This document shows positions 8,256-17,360 of a stretch of DNA of 62,592 nucleotides, piece by piece (position 1 is the stretch's first letter; each line of letters starts with the position of its first letter). Under the pieces are notes generated by a model. It had not been told where the DNA came from and ran no database searches. It worked only from the letters and a program-made list of their open reading frames with translations. Made by a program: the position numbers and the translations under genes. This DNA is from Eubacteriales bacterium (GTDB lineage: Bacteria; Bacillota; Clostridia; Oscillospirales; CAG-272), in contig JAZRXB010000296.1 of NCBI GenBank assembly GCA_045600005.1, forward strand, positions 1 to 62,592. The letters run 5' to 3'.

Positions 8256-8392
8256 CTTCAATTTGTAAACAGTGCGGCAAAATCCCGTAAAATCGGCGTC
8301 CGGCGCGGCGGTTCCGGCTTTGCTGACCGACCATGACGGCATGGGAACGGCGCGGACGGAAAAAGCGTCCGTCCTGCGGCGGGCGCTTTTCT

Positions 8393-8766
8393 GCGATCGG
8401 ACCTGTAAGCCGGGTTCTGTAATCGGCAATCATCTATCTCCGCGCGCCGTTGCCGGCGCGCTCCGGGGCAAAGCCCCGTGCCACCCGTGAGATCTGCCGG
8501 GCAGACAGCCGCGCTGATAGGGCGCGGATCCCACATACGGTGTTGCTTCGGATAGGGTTTACATCGAATCTGCGTTGCCGCAGAAGCGGGTGAGCTCTTA
8601 CCTCGCCTTTCCACCCTTACCGCAGAATGCGGCGGTATCTCTCTGTTGCACTTTCCCGGAGGTCGCCCTCGGCGGACGTTATCCGTTATCCTGCCCTGTG
8701 AAGCCCGGACTTTCCTCATGATAATACCTTTCGGCGCCATATCACGCGATTGCCCGGTCCGGTCGC
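8393..8766 (-). ncRNA. rnpB: RNase P RNA (bacterial)
   Basis: The minus strand carries GAGGAAAGTCCGGGC (complement of 8703-8717) and ACAGAACCCGGCTTA (complement of 8406-8420). P1 can form between GCGACCGGACC and GGTCCGATCGC at the ends. A consensus promoter lies directly upstream. Confidence 0.9.
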
Positions 8767-8773
8767 AGATGAT

Positions 8774-8802
8774 ATTATACCATATCGAAACGCGGTTGTC
8801 AA
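8774..8802 (-). promoter_or_regulatory. sigma-A promoter (TTGACA-17-TATAAT) for rnpB
   Basis: TTGACA is the complement of 8797-8802 and TATAAT is the complement of 8774-8779. The predicted TSS coincides with the rnpB 5' end. Confidence 0.8.
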
Positions 8803-8917
8803 CAAAGAAAACAGAACTTTTCGGCTTTTCCGCCGCCTTCGCGGACCGCCGCGTCAGAAAAATCCTTTCCTGTATCAATATTCTCACGAAATGTCCGATA
8901 AATTAACACTATATTCA

Positions 8918-8946
8918 TTGCAGACTTTTCTCAGTTGTGATATAAT
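8918..8946 (+). promoter_or_regulatory. sigma-A promoter (TTGCAG-17-TATAAT, extended -10)
   Basis: TTGCAG at 8918-8923 and TGA-TATAAT at 8941-8946, leaving a leader of about 90 nt before the ATG at 9044. Confidence 0.7.
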
Positions 8947-9043
8947 AGATGTATGCGCCGTCCGGAGACAACGGTGCGGCTGCTTTTTCACGATCTGCGG
9001 CTTGCAGGTCCATGGGCAATGATGCAAAAAAGGAAGACGGAAC

Positions 9044-11974
9044 ATGAGAATAGGACTGGATGTCGGGTCCACGACGCTCAAGTGCGTCGTGCTCGACGAA
9101 AACGATCAGATCATTTACAAATCATATAAGCGCCATTTCGCACAGATCACGGAGGCGACCGTCGAGCTGCTGCAAAAACTCGAAGCCGAGATCCCCGGCG
9201 CGTCCGACGCGCTTCTTTCGGTGTCGGGTTCCGCCGGCATGGGCATGGCGGAAGCGTCGAAGATCGGCTTCGTGCAGGAAGTCTACGCGACCCGTCTTGC
9301 CGTGAAGCGGCTGATCCCGGAGACCGACGTGGTGATCGAGCTGGGCGGAGAAGACGCGAAGATACTCTATCTCGACGGCACGATGGAGGTGCGCATGAAC
9401 GGTTCGTGCGCAGGCGGGACCGGCGCGTTCATCGACCAGATGGCGACGCTGCTCGCCATTACGCCTGACGAGCTGAACGAGCTGTCGCACGGCTGTGAAA
9501 AGATCTATACCATCGCGTCCCGCTGCGGCGTGTTCGCCAAGAGCGACATTCAGCCGCTGATCAATCAGGGCGCGCGCAAGGAGGACATCTGCGCCAGCAT
9601 CTTCGGCGCGGTCGTCAATCAGACCATCGCGGGTCTGGCGCAGGGCCGTCCGATCGGCGGCAAGGTCGTCTATCTCGGCGGACCGCTGACCTTTATGGAC
9701 GGACTGCGCAGCGCGTTCGACAAGGCGCTGAAGCTCACCGGCATCTGTCCGGAGAATTCGCTCTATTTTGTGGCGATGGGCGCGGCGTTCGGCGCGGATA
9801 TCAGCACCGAGAAGGTCACGCTGCACGAGGCGGTGAAGCGCGTATCCGCCTATCACACCGAGGGACGCTATCTGTCCTGCCCGCCGCTTTTCGAGACGAA
9901 GGCGGACTATGACGAATTTTCCGCCCGTCACGCGAAGGACAGGGTGGACTATGCCTCTCCCGAAGCCTACGCGGGAGACGCCTGCATCGGCATCGACGCC
10001 GGTTCTACGACGGTCAAGGCGGTCGTCATCGACGATAAGCGGAATATCCTCTGCTCGCTCTACCGTCCCAACAGCGGCAATCCCGTGCCGATCATCAAGG
10101 CGTTTTTAGAGGATTTCTACGCGAAATATCCGAAGATCCGCATCGTATCGTCCGCCGTCACCGGATACGGCGAGGAGATCGTCCGCAACGCCTTCGCGGC
10201 TGATTTCGGACTGGTCGAGACGATGGCGCACTTTTTCGCCGCCAAGAAGTTCATGCCGTCGGTCGATTTCATCATCGACATCGGCGGGCAGGACATCAAG
10301 TGCTTCAAGATCAGAAACGGCGCAATCGACAACATCTTCTTAAACGAAGCCTGCTCGTCGGGCTGTGGCTCGTTTTTGCAGACCTTCGCGGGCGCGCTCG
10401 GACAGAACATCGCGGATTTTGCCAGAGAGGGACTGTTCGCCAAAGCGCCGGTCGACCTCGGTTCGCGCTGTACCGTCTTTATGAATTCGTCGGTCAAGCA
10501 GGCGCAGAAGGACGGCGCGACGGTCGACAATATTTCCGCCGGTCTGTCGATCTCGGTCGTCAAGAACGCGCTTTACAAGGTCATCCGCGCCGCGAGCGCC
10601 GATTCGCTGGGCGAGCATATCGTCGTGCAGGGCGGGACCTTCTTAAACGACGCGGTGCTTCGCGCCTTTGAAATGGAGATCGGACGGAACGTCGTCCGCC
10701 CGAACATCGCGGGACTGATGGGCGCTTACGGCGCTGCGATCTACGCTGCGGACTGCTCGAAGGGCGAAACGACGCTGCTTGACGCCGAAGTGCTGAAAAA
10801 TTTCCGCCACGACGTGAAGCTCGTCACCTGCGGCATCTGCGAAAACCACTGCCGTCTGACGGTCAACACCTTCGACGGCGGACGCAAATTCATCGGCGGC
10901 AACCGCTGTGAGCGTCCGACCGCGAAGGGAACGCTTCACGAGCATTTCGACCTGTACGAATACAAGCTCAGCCTGCTCGACAGCTACACCGCGAAGCCGG
11001 AGCATCCCCGCGCGAGGATCGGTCTGCCGATGGGACTGAACCTCTACGAAATGCTTCCGTTCTGGCACGCTTTCTTCACAAAGCTCGGCTTCGAGGTCGT
11101 CGTCTCTCCGCACAGCGACCGGAAGCTCTATATCAGCGGTCAGCATACCATCCCTTCGGATACCGTCTGCTTCCCCGCCAAGCTGATCCACGGACATATC
11201 GAAGCGCTTCTCGCCGCCGGCGTCGACGCGGTATTCTACCCCTGCATGACCTACAACTTCGACGAGCATCTCGGCGACAACCACTATAACTGTCCGGTCG
11301 TCGCCTATTATCCGGAGGTCATCGGCGCGAACGTGCCGGGCGTCCGGACGACAAAGTATATCCACGATTACATCGGCGTTCACCGTCCGAAGGATTTCCC
11401 GGGCAAGATGTATGAAATTCTGTCGAAGTATTTCGACGGTCTCGATAAGAAGGACGTGAAAGCGGCGTGCGAAGCCGCCTACGCCGAGCGGGAAGCATTC
11501 CTTGCGAAGGTCCGCGCAAAGGGCGAGGAATTTATCCGCATCGCGCGCGAGCGGAAGATGCCGATCATCGTGCTGGCGGGCCGTCCCTATCATGTCGACC
11601 CCGAGATCAACCACGGCATCGACCGTCTGGTCTGCGAATGCGGCGCGGTCGTCGTCACCGAGGACGCGGTGAGCGTTCACATGAAGAAGGAGCATACCAA
11701 CGTCCTGAATCAGTGGACCTACCATTCCCGTCTCTACGCGGCGGCGCGTTATATTGCGGGACAGGACGACATGAATCTCGTCCAGCTCGTCTCGTTTGGC
11801 TGCGGCGTCGACGCGATCACGACCGACGAGGTGCGCGAGATCCTCGAAAGGGAAGGAAAGATCTACACACAGATCAAGATCGACGAGATCACGAATCTCG
11901 GCGCGGTCAAAATTCGTCTGCGCAGTCTGTTCTCGGCGTGCGAAGCGAAGGAACGCGAAAAGGGACGCGCCTGA
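9044..11974 (+). CDS. double BcrAD/BadFG (HgdC-like) ATPase with a C-terminal activase-associated domain
   Basis: Two ASKHA ATPase domains start at GLDVGSTTLK and GIDAGSTTVK. Each has the HgdC-type cluster cysteines (GSCAGGTG + SRCGVF; EACSSGCG + SRCTVF). A Cys-rich segment CGICENHC...GGNRCERP follows. Confidence 0.85.
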   Translation: MRIGLDVGSTTLKCVVLDENDQIIYKSYKRHFAQITEATVELLQKLEAEIPGASDALLSVSGSAGMGMAEASKIGFVQEVYATRLAVKRLIPETDVVIELGGEDAKILYLDGTMEVRMNGSCAGGTGAFIDQMATLLAITPDELNELSHGCEKIYTIASRCGVFAKSDIQPLINQGARKEDICASIFGAVVNQTIAGLAQGRPIGGKVVYLGGPLTFMDGLRSAFDKALKLTGICPENSLYFVAMGAAFGADISTEKVTLHEAVKRVSAYHTEGRYLSCPPLFETKADYDEFSARHAKDRVDYASPEAYAGDACIGIDAGSTTVKAVVIDDKRNILCSLYRPNSGNPVPIIKAFLEDFYAKYPKIRIVSSAVTGYGEEIVRNAFAADFGLVETMAHFFAAKKFMPSVDFIIDIGGQDIKCFKIRNGAIDNIFLNEACSSGCGSFLQTFAGALGQNIADFAREGLFAKAPVDLGSRCTVFMNSSVKQAQKDGATVDNISAGLSISVVKNALYKVIRAASADSLGEHIVVQGGTFLNDAVLRAFEMEIGRNVVRPNIAGLMGAYGAAIYAADCSKGETTLLDAEVLKNFRHDVKLVTCGICENHCRLTVNTFDGGRKFIGGNRCERPTAKGTLHEHFDLYEYKLSLLDSYTAKPEHPRARIGLPMGLNLYEMLPFWHAFFTKLGFEVVVSPHSDRKLYISGQHTIPSDTVCFPAKLIHGHIEALLAAGVDAVFYPCMTYNFDEHLGDNHYNCPVVAYYPEVIGANVPGVRTTKYIHDYIGVHRPKDFPGKMYEILSKYFDGLDKKDVKAACEAAYAEREAFLAKVRAKGEEFIRIARERKMPIIVLAGRPYHVDPEINHGIDRLVCECGAVVVTEDAVSVHMKKEHTNVLNQWTYHSRLYAAARYIAGQDDMNLVQLVSFGCGVDAITTDEVREILEREGKIYTQIKIDEITNLGAVKIRLRSLFSACEAKEREKGRA

Positions 11975-12098
11975 CCGGCTGACCGAAAACGACAATGCGA
12001 TTATCGTCAGTCCGCCGTGAGCTGAGGCGGGATATGCCTGAATCTGCGGCAGACTCCGCCGGAATTTCCGGCGGACAGGAAAGGAATGAAACACAGCA

Positions 12099-13469
12099 AT
12101 GAACAAGGAATGCACGGATTGCCGTGGCTGCACCGGCTGTTCCGGCAGTGAGGAGGTCGAACGGGTCGAGTTCACGAAGGAAATGAAGAAGGATTACACC
12201 ATCCTCATTCCGAGTATGCTCGATATCCAGTTCGCGCTGCTCCGCAACGTTTTCCGCAGCTACGGGTATAAGATGGAGCTGCTGACCAACGACAGCCGCG
12301 CCGTCGTCGACGCCGGGCTGAAATACGTTCACAACGACACCTGCTATCCCGCGCTGCTCGTCATCGGTCAGATGATCGACGCGCTGAACAGCGGAAAATA
12401 CGATCTGAACAAGACCGCGCTGATGATCACTCAGACGGGCGGCGGCTGCCGTGCGTCGAACTATATCCATCTGCTCCGCAAGGCGCTGAAAAAAGCGGGG
12501 TACGGGTATATCCCGGTCATCTCGCTCAATCTGTCGGGACTTGAGAAAAACAGCGGCTTTCACTGGACGCTCGGTCTGATCCGCAAGCTGATCGCGGGCA
12601 TGGCTTACGGCGACATGATGATGCTGCTCGCCAATCAGGTCCGTCCCTATGAGACGACGCCCGGCGCGGCGGACGCGGTTTCGGCTAAATGGGTCGACCG
12701 TCTGACTGCGGATTTTGCGAAGGGAAAAGGACTCAGCAAGGGCGTCATGCGCTCCTATATGACGAAGATCGCAGCCGATTACGCCGCCGTTCCGGTCGAC
12801 CGGAGCGTGCCGCGCGTAAAGGTCGGCGTGGTCGGCGAGATCTATGTCAAGTTCGCCAAGCTCGCCAACAATCATCTGGAGGAATTCTTGGCCTCCGAGG
12901 GCTGCGAGGTCATGGTGCCGGGACTGATGAGCTTTATCCTGTTCAAGGTGGACAACCGGATGGAGGACATCAAGCTCTACGGCGGCAGCAAAGCCAAGTT
13001 CGCCGTCTGCAAGATCCTGTTCGATTATCTGGCGGGCATGGAACAATTCATCATCGACATCGTGAACGGTCAGGGCGGAATTTTCCAGCCGCCTACGGCA
13101 TATGCTCATCTGAAAACGCTGGTGAAGGGAATCATCGGCTACGGAAGCAAGATGGGCGAGGGCTGGCTTTTGACCGCCGAAATGGTCGAGCTGATCGAAA
13201 ACGGCTACGGCAACATCGTCTGCGCACAGCCCTTCGGCTGTCTGCCGAACCATATCGTCGGCAAGGGCATGATCCGCCGTCTGCGCGAGCTTTACCCGGA
13301 ATCCAACATCGTTCCCATCGACTACGACCCCGGCGCGACCCGCGTCAATCAGGAGAACCGCATCAAGCTGATGCTCTCGGTGGCGCGTGAAACGCTGGAA
13401 AGCGGCGAAGCTCCCGCGGCGAAGGCTTCTGCCGCGGAAGCTCCCGCAGAGGAGACCTCCGCCGTATGA
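12099..13469 (+). CDS. 2-hydroxyacyl-CoA dehydratase (HgdB)-like / activase-related protein
   Basis: N-terminal C-x2-C-x2-C-x2-C (CTDCRGCTGC). The body is typical of the family that accompanies the double ATPase (NDTCYP, GGGCRASNY, AQPFGCLPNH). Confidence 0.75.
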   Translation: MNKECTDCRGCTGCSGSEEVERVEFTKEMKKDYTILIPSMLDIQFALLRNVFRSYGYKMELLTNDSRAVVDAGLKYVHNDTCYPALLVIGQMIDALNSGKYDLNKTALMITQTGGGCRASNYIHLLRKALKKAGYGYIPVISLNLSGLEKNSGFHWTLGLIRKLIAGMAYGDMMMLLANQVRPYETTPGAADAVSAKWVDRLTADFAKGKGLSKGVMRSYMTKIAADYAAVPVDRSVPRVKVGVVGEIYVKFAKLANNHLEEFLASEGCEVMVPGLMSFILFKVDNRMEDIKLYGGSKAKFAVCKILFDYLAGMEQFIIDIVNGQGGIFQPPTAYAHLKTLVKGIIGYGSKMGEGWLLTAEMVELIENGYGNIVCAQPFGCLPNHIVGKGMIRRLRELYPESNIVPIDYDPGATRVNQENRIKLMLSVARETLESGEAPAAKASAAEAPAEETSAV

Positions 13470-14674
13470 AACTGAATGTTCCGGAGAGCGCCGCGCGCGT
13501 CATCCGGCGGCTCGAAGAAAACGGATACGAAGCCTCCTGCGTCGGCGGCTGTGTGCGGGACGCTCTGCTCGGACGCGAACCGAACGACTGGGACGTGACG
13601 ACCTCCGCTCTGCCGGAGAAGACGCTGGCGCTGTTTGACGGCGCGGACGGTTTCCGCGCGATCCCGACCGGCATGAAGCACGGCACGATCACGATTTTGT
13701 CCTGCGGCGAGCCGATCGAGGTCACGACCTTCCGCATCGACGGCGTTTATACAGACGGACGCCGCCCCGATTCGGTCACGTTCACGCCGTCTTTGAGGGA
13801 AGACCTGGCGCGGCGCGATTTTACGGTCAACGCGATGGCATATTCGCCGGGTATCGGTCTTGTCGACCCGTTTGGAGGACAGAACGATCTTGCGGCAGGA
13901 GTCCTGCGCTGTGTGGGCGAACCGGAGAAGCGGTTCGGCGAGGACGCGCTGCGGATCCTGCGCGCACTGCGTTTTTCGTCGGTGCTTGGCTTTGAGATCG
14001 AAGAAAAGACCGCCCGCGCCGCCTTTGCGCTGAAAGACAGGCTCCCCGCCGTTTCGATGGAGCGGGTCGCGGTCGAGCTTGGCAAGCTGCTCCGCGGCAA
14101 AAAGGCGGCCGAGGTCCTGAGAGAATACGGCGGCATCCTGTGCGCCGTACTGCCGGAGCTGGAAGGGCGGGAGCTTGGACTGACGTCCGTCACGGCGCTG
14201 AACCGGACGGGCGCGTCGCCGACTGCGGTGTACGCCGGTTTTCTGCGCGGCTTTTCGCCGGACGAAGCGTTCGCCTTACTGAAACGGCTGAGGCTCGACA
14301 ATCATACCTGCGACGGCGTGAAAACGATCCTGACGGAACGTGCGGTCGACTTCTCGTCTCTGCCGGACGTCCGTCTGCTCTGCGGACGGGTCGGATTCGA
14401 CGCGGCGCGGGATATTGAGGATTTTCTTGACGCGGAAGGAACGCTTCCGGCGGGAGCGCGCGGTCTGGTCGGGAGGATCAGGGAAACCGGGATGTGCGTA
14501 TCGGTCGCCGGGCTGGCGGTCAACGGCCGCGATCTGCTTGTGTGCGGCGTGAAGCCCGCCATGGTCGGCGAAACGCTGAAACGTCTGCTCGTCCGGGTCG
14601 TGAACGAAACGGTCGTGAATGAACGGGAAACACTGCTGGCACTCGTGCGTGCGGCAGAGTCAGAGGACAGATAA
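13466..14674 (+). CDS. cca: CCA-adding tRNA nucleotidyltransferase / poly(A) polymerase family
   Basis: GGCVRDALLGREPNDWDVTT and RRDFTVNAM motifs. The ATG overlaps the upstream stop (ATGA at 13466-13469). Confidence 0.9.
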   Translation: MKLNVPESAARVIRRLEENGYEASCVGGCVRDALLGREPNDWDVTTSALPEKTLALFDGADGFRAIPTGMKHGTITILSCGEPIEVTTFRIDGVYTDGRRPDSVTFTPSLREDLARRDFTVNAMAYSPGIGLVDPFGGQNDLAAGVLRCVGEPEKRFGEDALRILRALRFSSVLGFEIEEKTARAAFALKDRLPAVSMERVAVELGKLLRGKKAAEVLREYGGILCAVLPELEGRELGLTSVTALNRTGASPTAVYAGFLRGFSPDEAFALLKRLRLDNHTCDGVKTILTERAVDFSSLPDVRLLCGRVGFDAARDIEDFLDAEGTLPAGARGLVGRIRETGMCVSVAGLAVNGRDLLVCGVKPAMVGETLKRLLVRVVNETVVNERETLLALVRAAESEDR

Positions 14675-14787
14675 AATTCGTCCGGCGGAGTGTACGGCGG
14701 AGCGAAGCCGAAACGGGAGCGGTTCCGTCTGCCGCATGAACAGCCGCAAAACCGATCGATTCAGAGGGCTTTCGCTGTGCGGAAGCA

Positions 14788-15780
14788 ATGGTCATAAAAA
14801 TGTCGGAAAAAACGCTTGTGATCGTAAACGGTCACACCGCGAAGCTCCAGCTTCGCATTGAATTACTGGATATTCTGGATATTCTGACAAAGGGCGGGCT
14901 TGACTGCACGACCCATCCCACGCAGAGAGCGGGGGACGCCGCCGAAGCCGCGCGTCAGGCGGCAGAGGAATATTCCCGGATCGTCTGTATCGGCGGAGAC
15001 GGCACGCTGTCCGAGGTGACGAACGGTCTGATGGGGCTCCCGGAGGAGAAACGCCCTGTCATCGGTTATATCCCGGCGGGAACGACCAACGATTTTGCCG
15101 CCAGTCTCGGACTGCCCGCCGACCCGCGCGAGGCGGCGAAGCGGATCGCGAAAGGTTCGCCGCGCTTTCTCGACTGCGGACGGCTGAGCGGCATACGCCG
15201 GTCTGCCGGACAGACCGGCGAACGGTCTGCCGGACAGACCGGCGAACGGTCCGATCAGCGGAGCGGCGAACAGCCCGGAGAGAAAGACTCGCACATCTTC
15301 AATTATATCGCTTCGTTCGGCGCGTTTACCGAGGCGTCGTGGAACACGCCGCAGCAGTTAAAGAATATGTTCGGGCATTTTGCCTATGTGGTGGAAGGAC
15401 TGCGGCACCCCGGCATCGAGCCGTACCACATCCGGTTCACGGCGGACGGCGAAGAGATCGAAGGGGATTTCACGTTCGGCGCGGTGTCCAACACGCTTTC
15501 GATCGGCGGCGTGCTTCGGCTTGCGCCGGAGGAAGTCGGCTTTGACGACGGTCTGCACGAGTATCTGCTCATCCGTATGCCGGAAAATCCCGGCGAACTG
15601 AACGAGATCGGACACGAGCTGCTGCGGCGCGATTTCGGTCGGATGGTGCTGTTCGGACGGGGCAGCCGGATGACGATCGACTGCGGCGGGCTTGCGTGGT
15701 CACTGGACGGCGAGCTGGTCCGCACCGAGGGGAAGGTCGAAATCGAAAATCTGCCGCGCGCATACCGCCTGATCGTCTGA
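14788..15780 (+). CDS. diacylglycerol/lipid kinase family protein (YegS/DagK-like)
   Basis: GGDGTLSEV motif and IPAGTTNDFA. An alternative start is the ATG at 14800. The protein carries an internal octapeptide repeat insert. Confidence 0.88.
   Translation: MVIKMSEKTLVIVNGHTAKLQLRIELLDILDILTKGGLDCTTHPTQRAGDAAEAARQAAEEYSRIVCIGGDGTLSEVTNGLMGLPEEKRPVIGYIPAGTTNDFAASLGLPADPREAAKRIAKGSPRFLDCGRLSGIRRSAGQTGERSAGQTGERSDQRSGEQPGEKDSHIFNYIASFGAFTEASWNTPQQLKNMFGHFAYVVEGLRHPGIEPYHIRFTADGEEIEGDFTFGAVSNTLSIGGVLRLAPEEVGFDDGLHEYLLIRMPENPGELNEIGHELLRRDFGRMVLFGRGSRMTIDCGGLAWSLDGELVRTEGKVEIENLPRAYRLIV
15199..15270 (+). repeat. in-frame 24-bp tandem repeat: two exact units and one degenerate unit
   Basis: CGGTCTGCCGGACAGACCGGCGAA at 15199-15222 and 15223-15246, with a degenerate unit at 15247-15270. 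It encodes RSAGQTGE RSAGQTGE RSDQRSGE. Confidence 0.95.
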
Positions 15781-15905
15781 ACGGGGACGGCATACGCTGC
15801 GCAGAAGATATCTTTACGGTCTTGGCACGGCAAAAAGAAAACGGAAAGATCATTCCGTCAGAAAGGGAGCTTTCGCGGCGCGAAAGCTATGGTTGATACA
15901 ATATA

Positions 15906-17144
15906 ATGAAGGAAGTTCTGCTTTGCAAATACGGCGAGCTGATCCTCAAGGGCGCGAACCGCTCTTACTTTGAGACTCTGCTCTTAAAGGAACTGAAGAC
16001 CCGGATGAAGCGTGCGGGAGATTTTGACGTCTGCCGCTCGCAGAGCACCATTTACATCGAGCCGAAGAACGACGAATGCGACCTCGACGAAGCGCTCGAA
16101 TGCGCGAAGAAGGTGTTCGGCATCGTCACCATCGCCCGCGCCTGCGTCGTGGAAAAGAACATCGACGCGATCTTCAATGCCGCGAAGGAATATCTGCCGC
16201 AGTTTCTGACCGGCGTGAAGACCTTCAAGGCGGACGCAAGACGGTCGGACAAGTCTTTCCCGATGAAGTCGCCCGAGCTGGCGTGCGAGATCGGCGCGGC
16301 GGTGCTGGAAGCCATGCCGCGTCTGAAGGTCGATCTGGACAATCCGGACGTCATCGTCCGTGTGGAGATCCGCGAACACGGCGCATACATTCACGCCGGA
16401 CAGATCAAGGGCGCGGGCGGAATGCCGCTCGGTTCGAGCGGACGCGGTCTGCTGCTCCTGTCGGGCGGCATCGACAGTCCGGTCGCGGGCTATATGATGG
16501 CAAAGCGCGGCGTCACGGTCGAAGCGCTCCATTTCGAGAGCTTCCCGTATACCAGCGAGCGCGCGAAGGAAAAGGTGCTGGAGCTTGCGAAGATCCTCTG
16601 CGGCTACACGACGCACATCAAGGTCCACGTCGTTTCGCTCACGCACATTCAGGAGGAGCTCTGCCGCGCCTGCGACGAGGATTATTTCACGCTGCTCCTG
16701 CGCCGCTACATGATGGCGATCGCCGAACGGACCGCCCGCAAGTACAAATGCGGAGCGCTGATCACCGGCGAAAGTCTTGCACAGGTCGCAAGCCAGACCA
16801 TGCGCGCCATTGCCGTCACCGACAGCGTGGTGAATATGCCGGTTTTCCGTCCCTGCATCGGCATGGATAAAGAGGAGATCGTCACCATCGCCCGCCGGAT
16901 CGGCACGTTCGACACGTCCATTCAGCCCTACGAGGACTGCTGCACGGTCTTTACGCCGCGCCATCCCCGCACCCGTCCCGATTTCGACAAGGTGATCGCC
17001 GAGGAAAACAAGCTCGATTTCAAAGCGCTCTGCGACGAGGCGTTCGACACGCTCAATACCTACGATATCCGGATCGACGAAAACGGCGAGACGCAGATCT
17101 CGGGCGGTGACAAGCCGGGAATCGAAGAAACATTGGACGAATAA
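15906..17144 (+). CDS. thiI: tRNA 4-thiouridine(8) synthase
   Basis: N-terminal YGELILKG, THUMP region and PP-loop SGGIDSPVAG. No rhodanese domain is present. Confidence 0.93.
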   Translation: MKEVLLCKYGELILKGANRSYFETLLLKELKTRMKRAGDFDVCRSQSTIYIEPKNDECDLDEALECAKKVFGIVTIARACVVEKNIDAIFNAAKEYLPQFLTGVKTFKADARRSDKSFPMKSPELACEIGAAVLEAMPRLKVDLDNPDVIVRVEIREHGAYIHAGQIKGAGGMPLGSSGRGLLLLSGGIDSPVAGYMMAKRGVTVEALHFESFPYTSERAKEKVLELAKILCGYTTHIKVHVVSLTHIQEELCRACDEDYFTLLLRRYMMAIAERTARKYKCGALITGESLAQVASQTMRAIAVTDSVVNMPVFRPCIGMDKEEIVTIARRIGTFDTSIQPYEDCCTVFTPRHPRTRPDFDKVIAEENKLDFKALCDEAFDTLNTYDIRIDENGETQISGGDKPGIEETLDE

Positions 17145-17207
17145 TGCTAAAATTCACACTTTTGTGCGGCAGATTCATTGAAAATAATTGAATTTCTCAT
17201 TTGCCCC

Positions 17208-17236
17208 TTGACAGCCGTGCGTTTTTTGTATAAAAT
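17208..17236 (+). promoter_or_regulatory. sigma-A promoter (TTGACA-17-TAAAAT) for rny
   Basis: TTGACA at 17208-17213 and TAAAAT at 17231-17236. Confidence 0.7.
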
Positions 17237-17360
17237 ATAATATGTATGTAATTAAGCATAGCCAGCCGTGTCGGCTCCGGCCGTCGGCCGATCATCCATA
17301 ATTGCATGAAAACAGCATCACAAAAAATCCAGCATTAAAAATTTAAGGAGGTGTTCTGTA

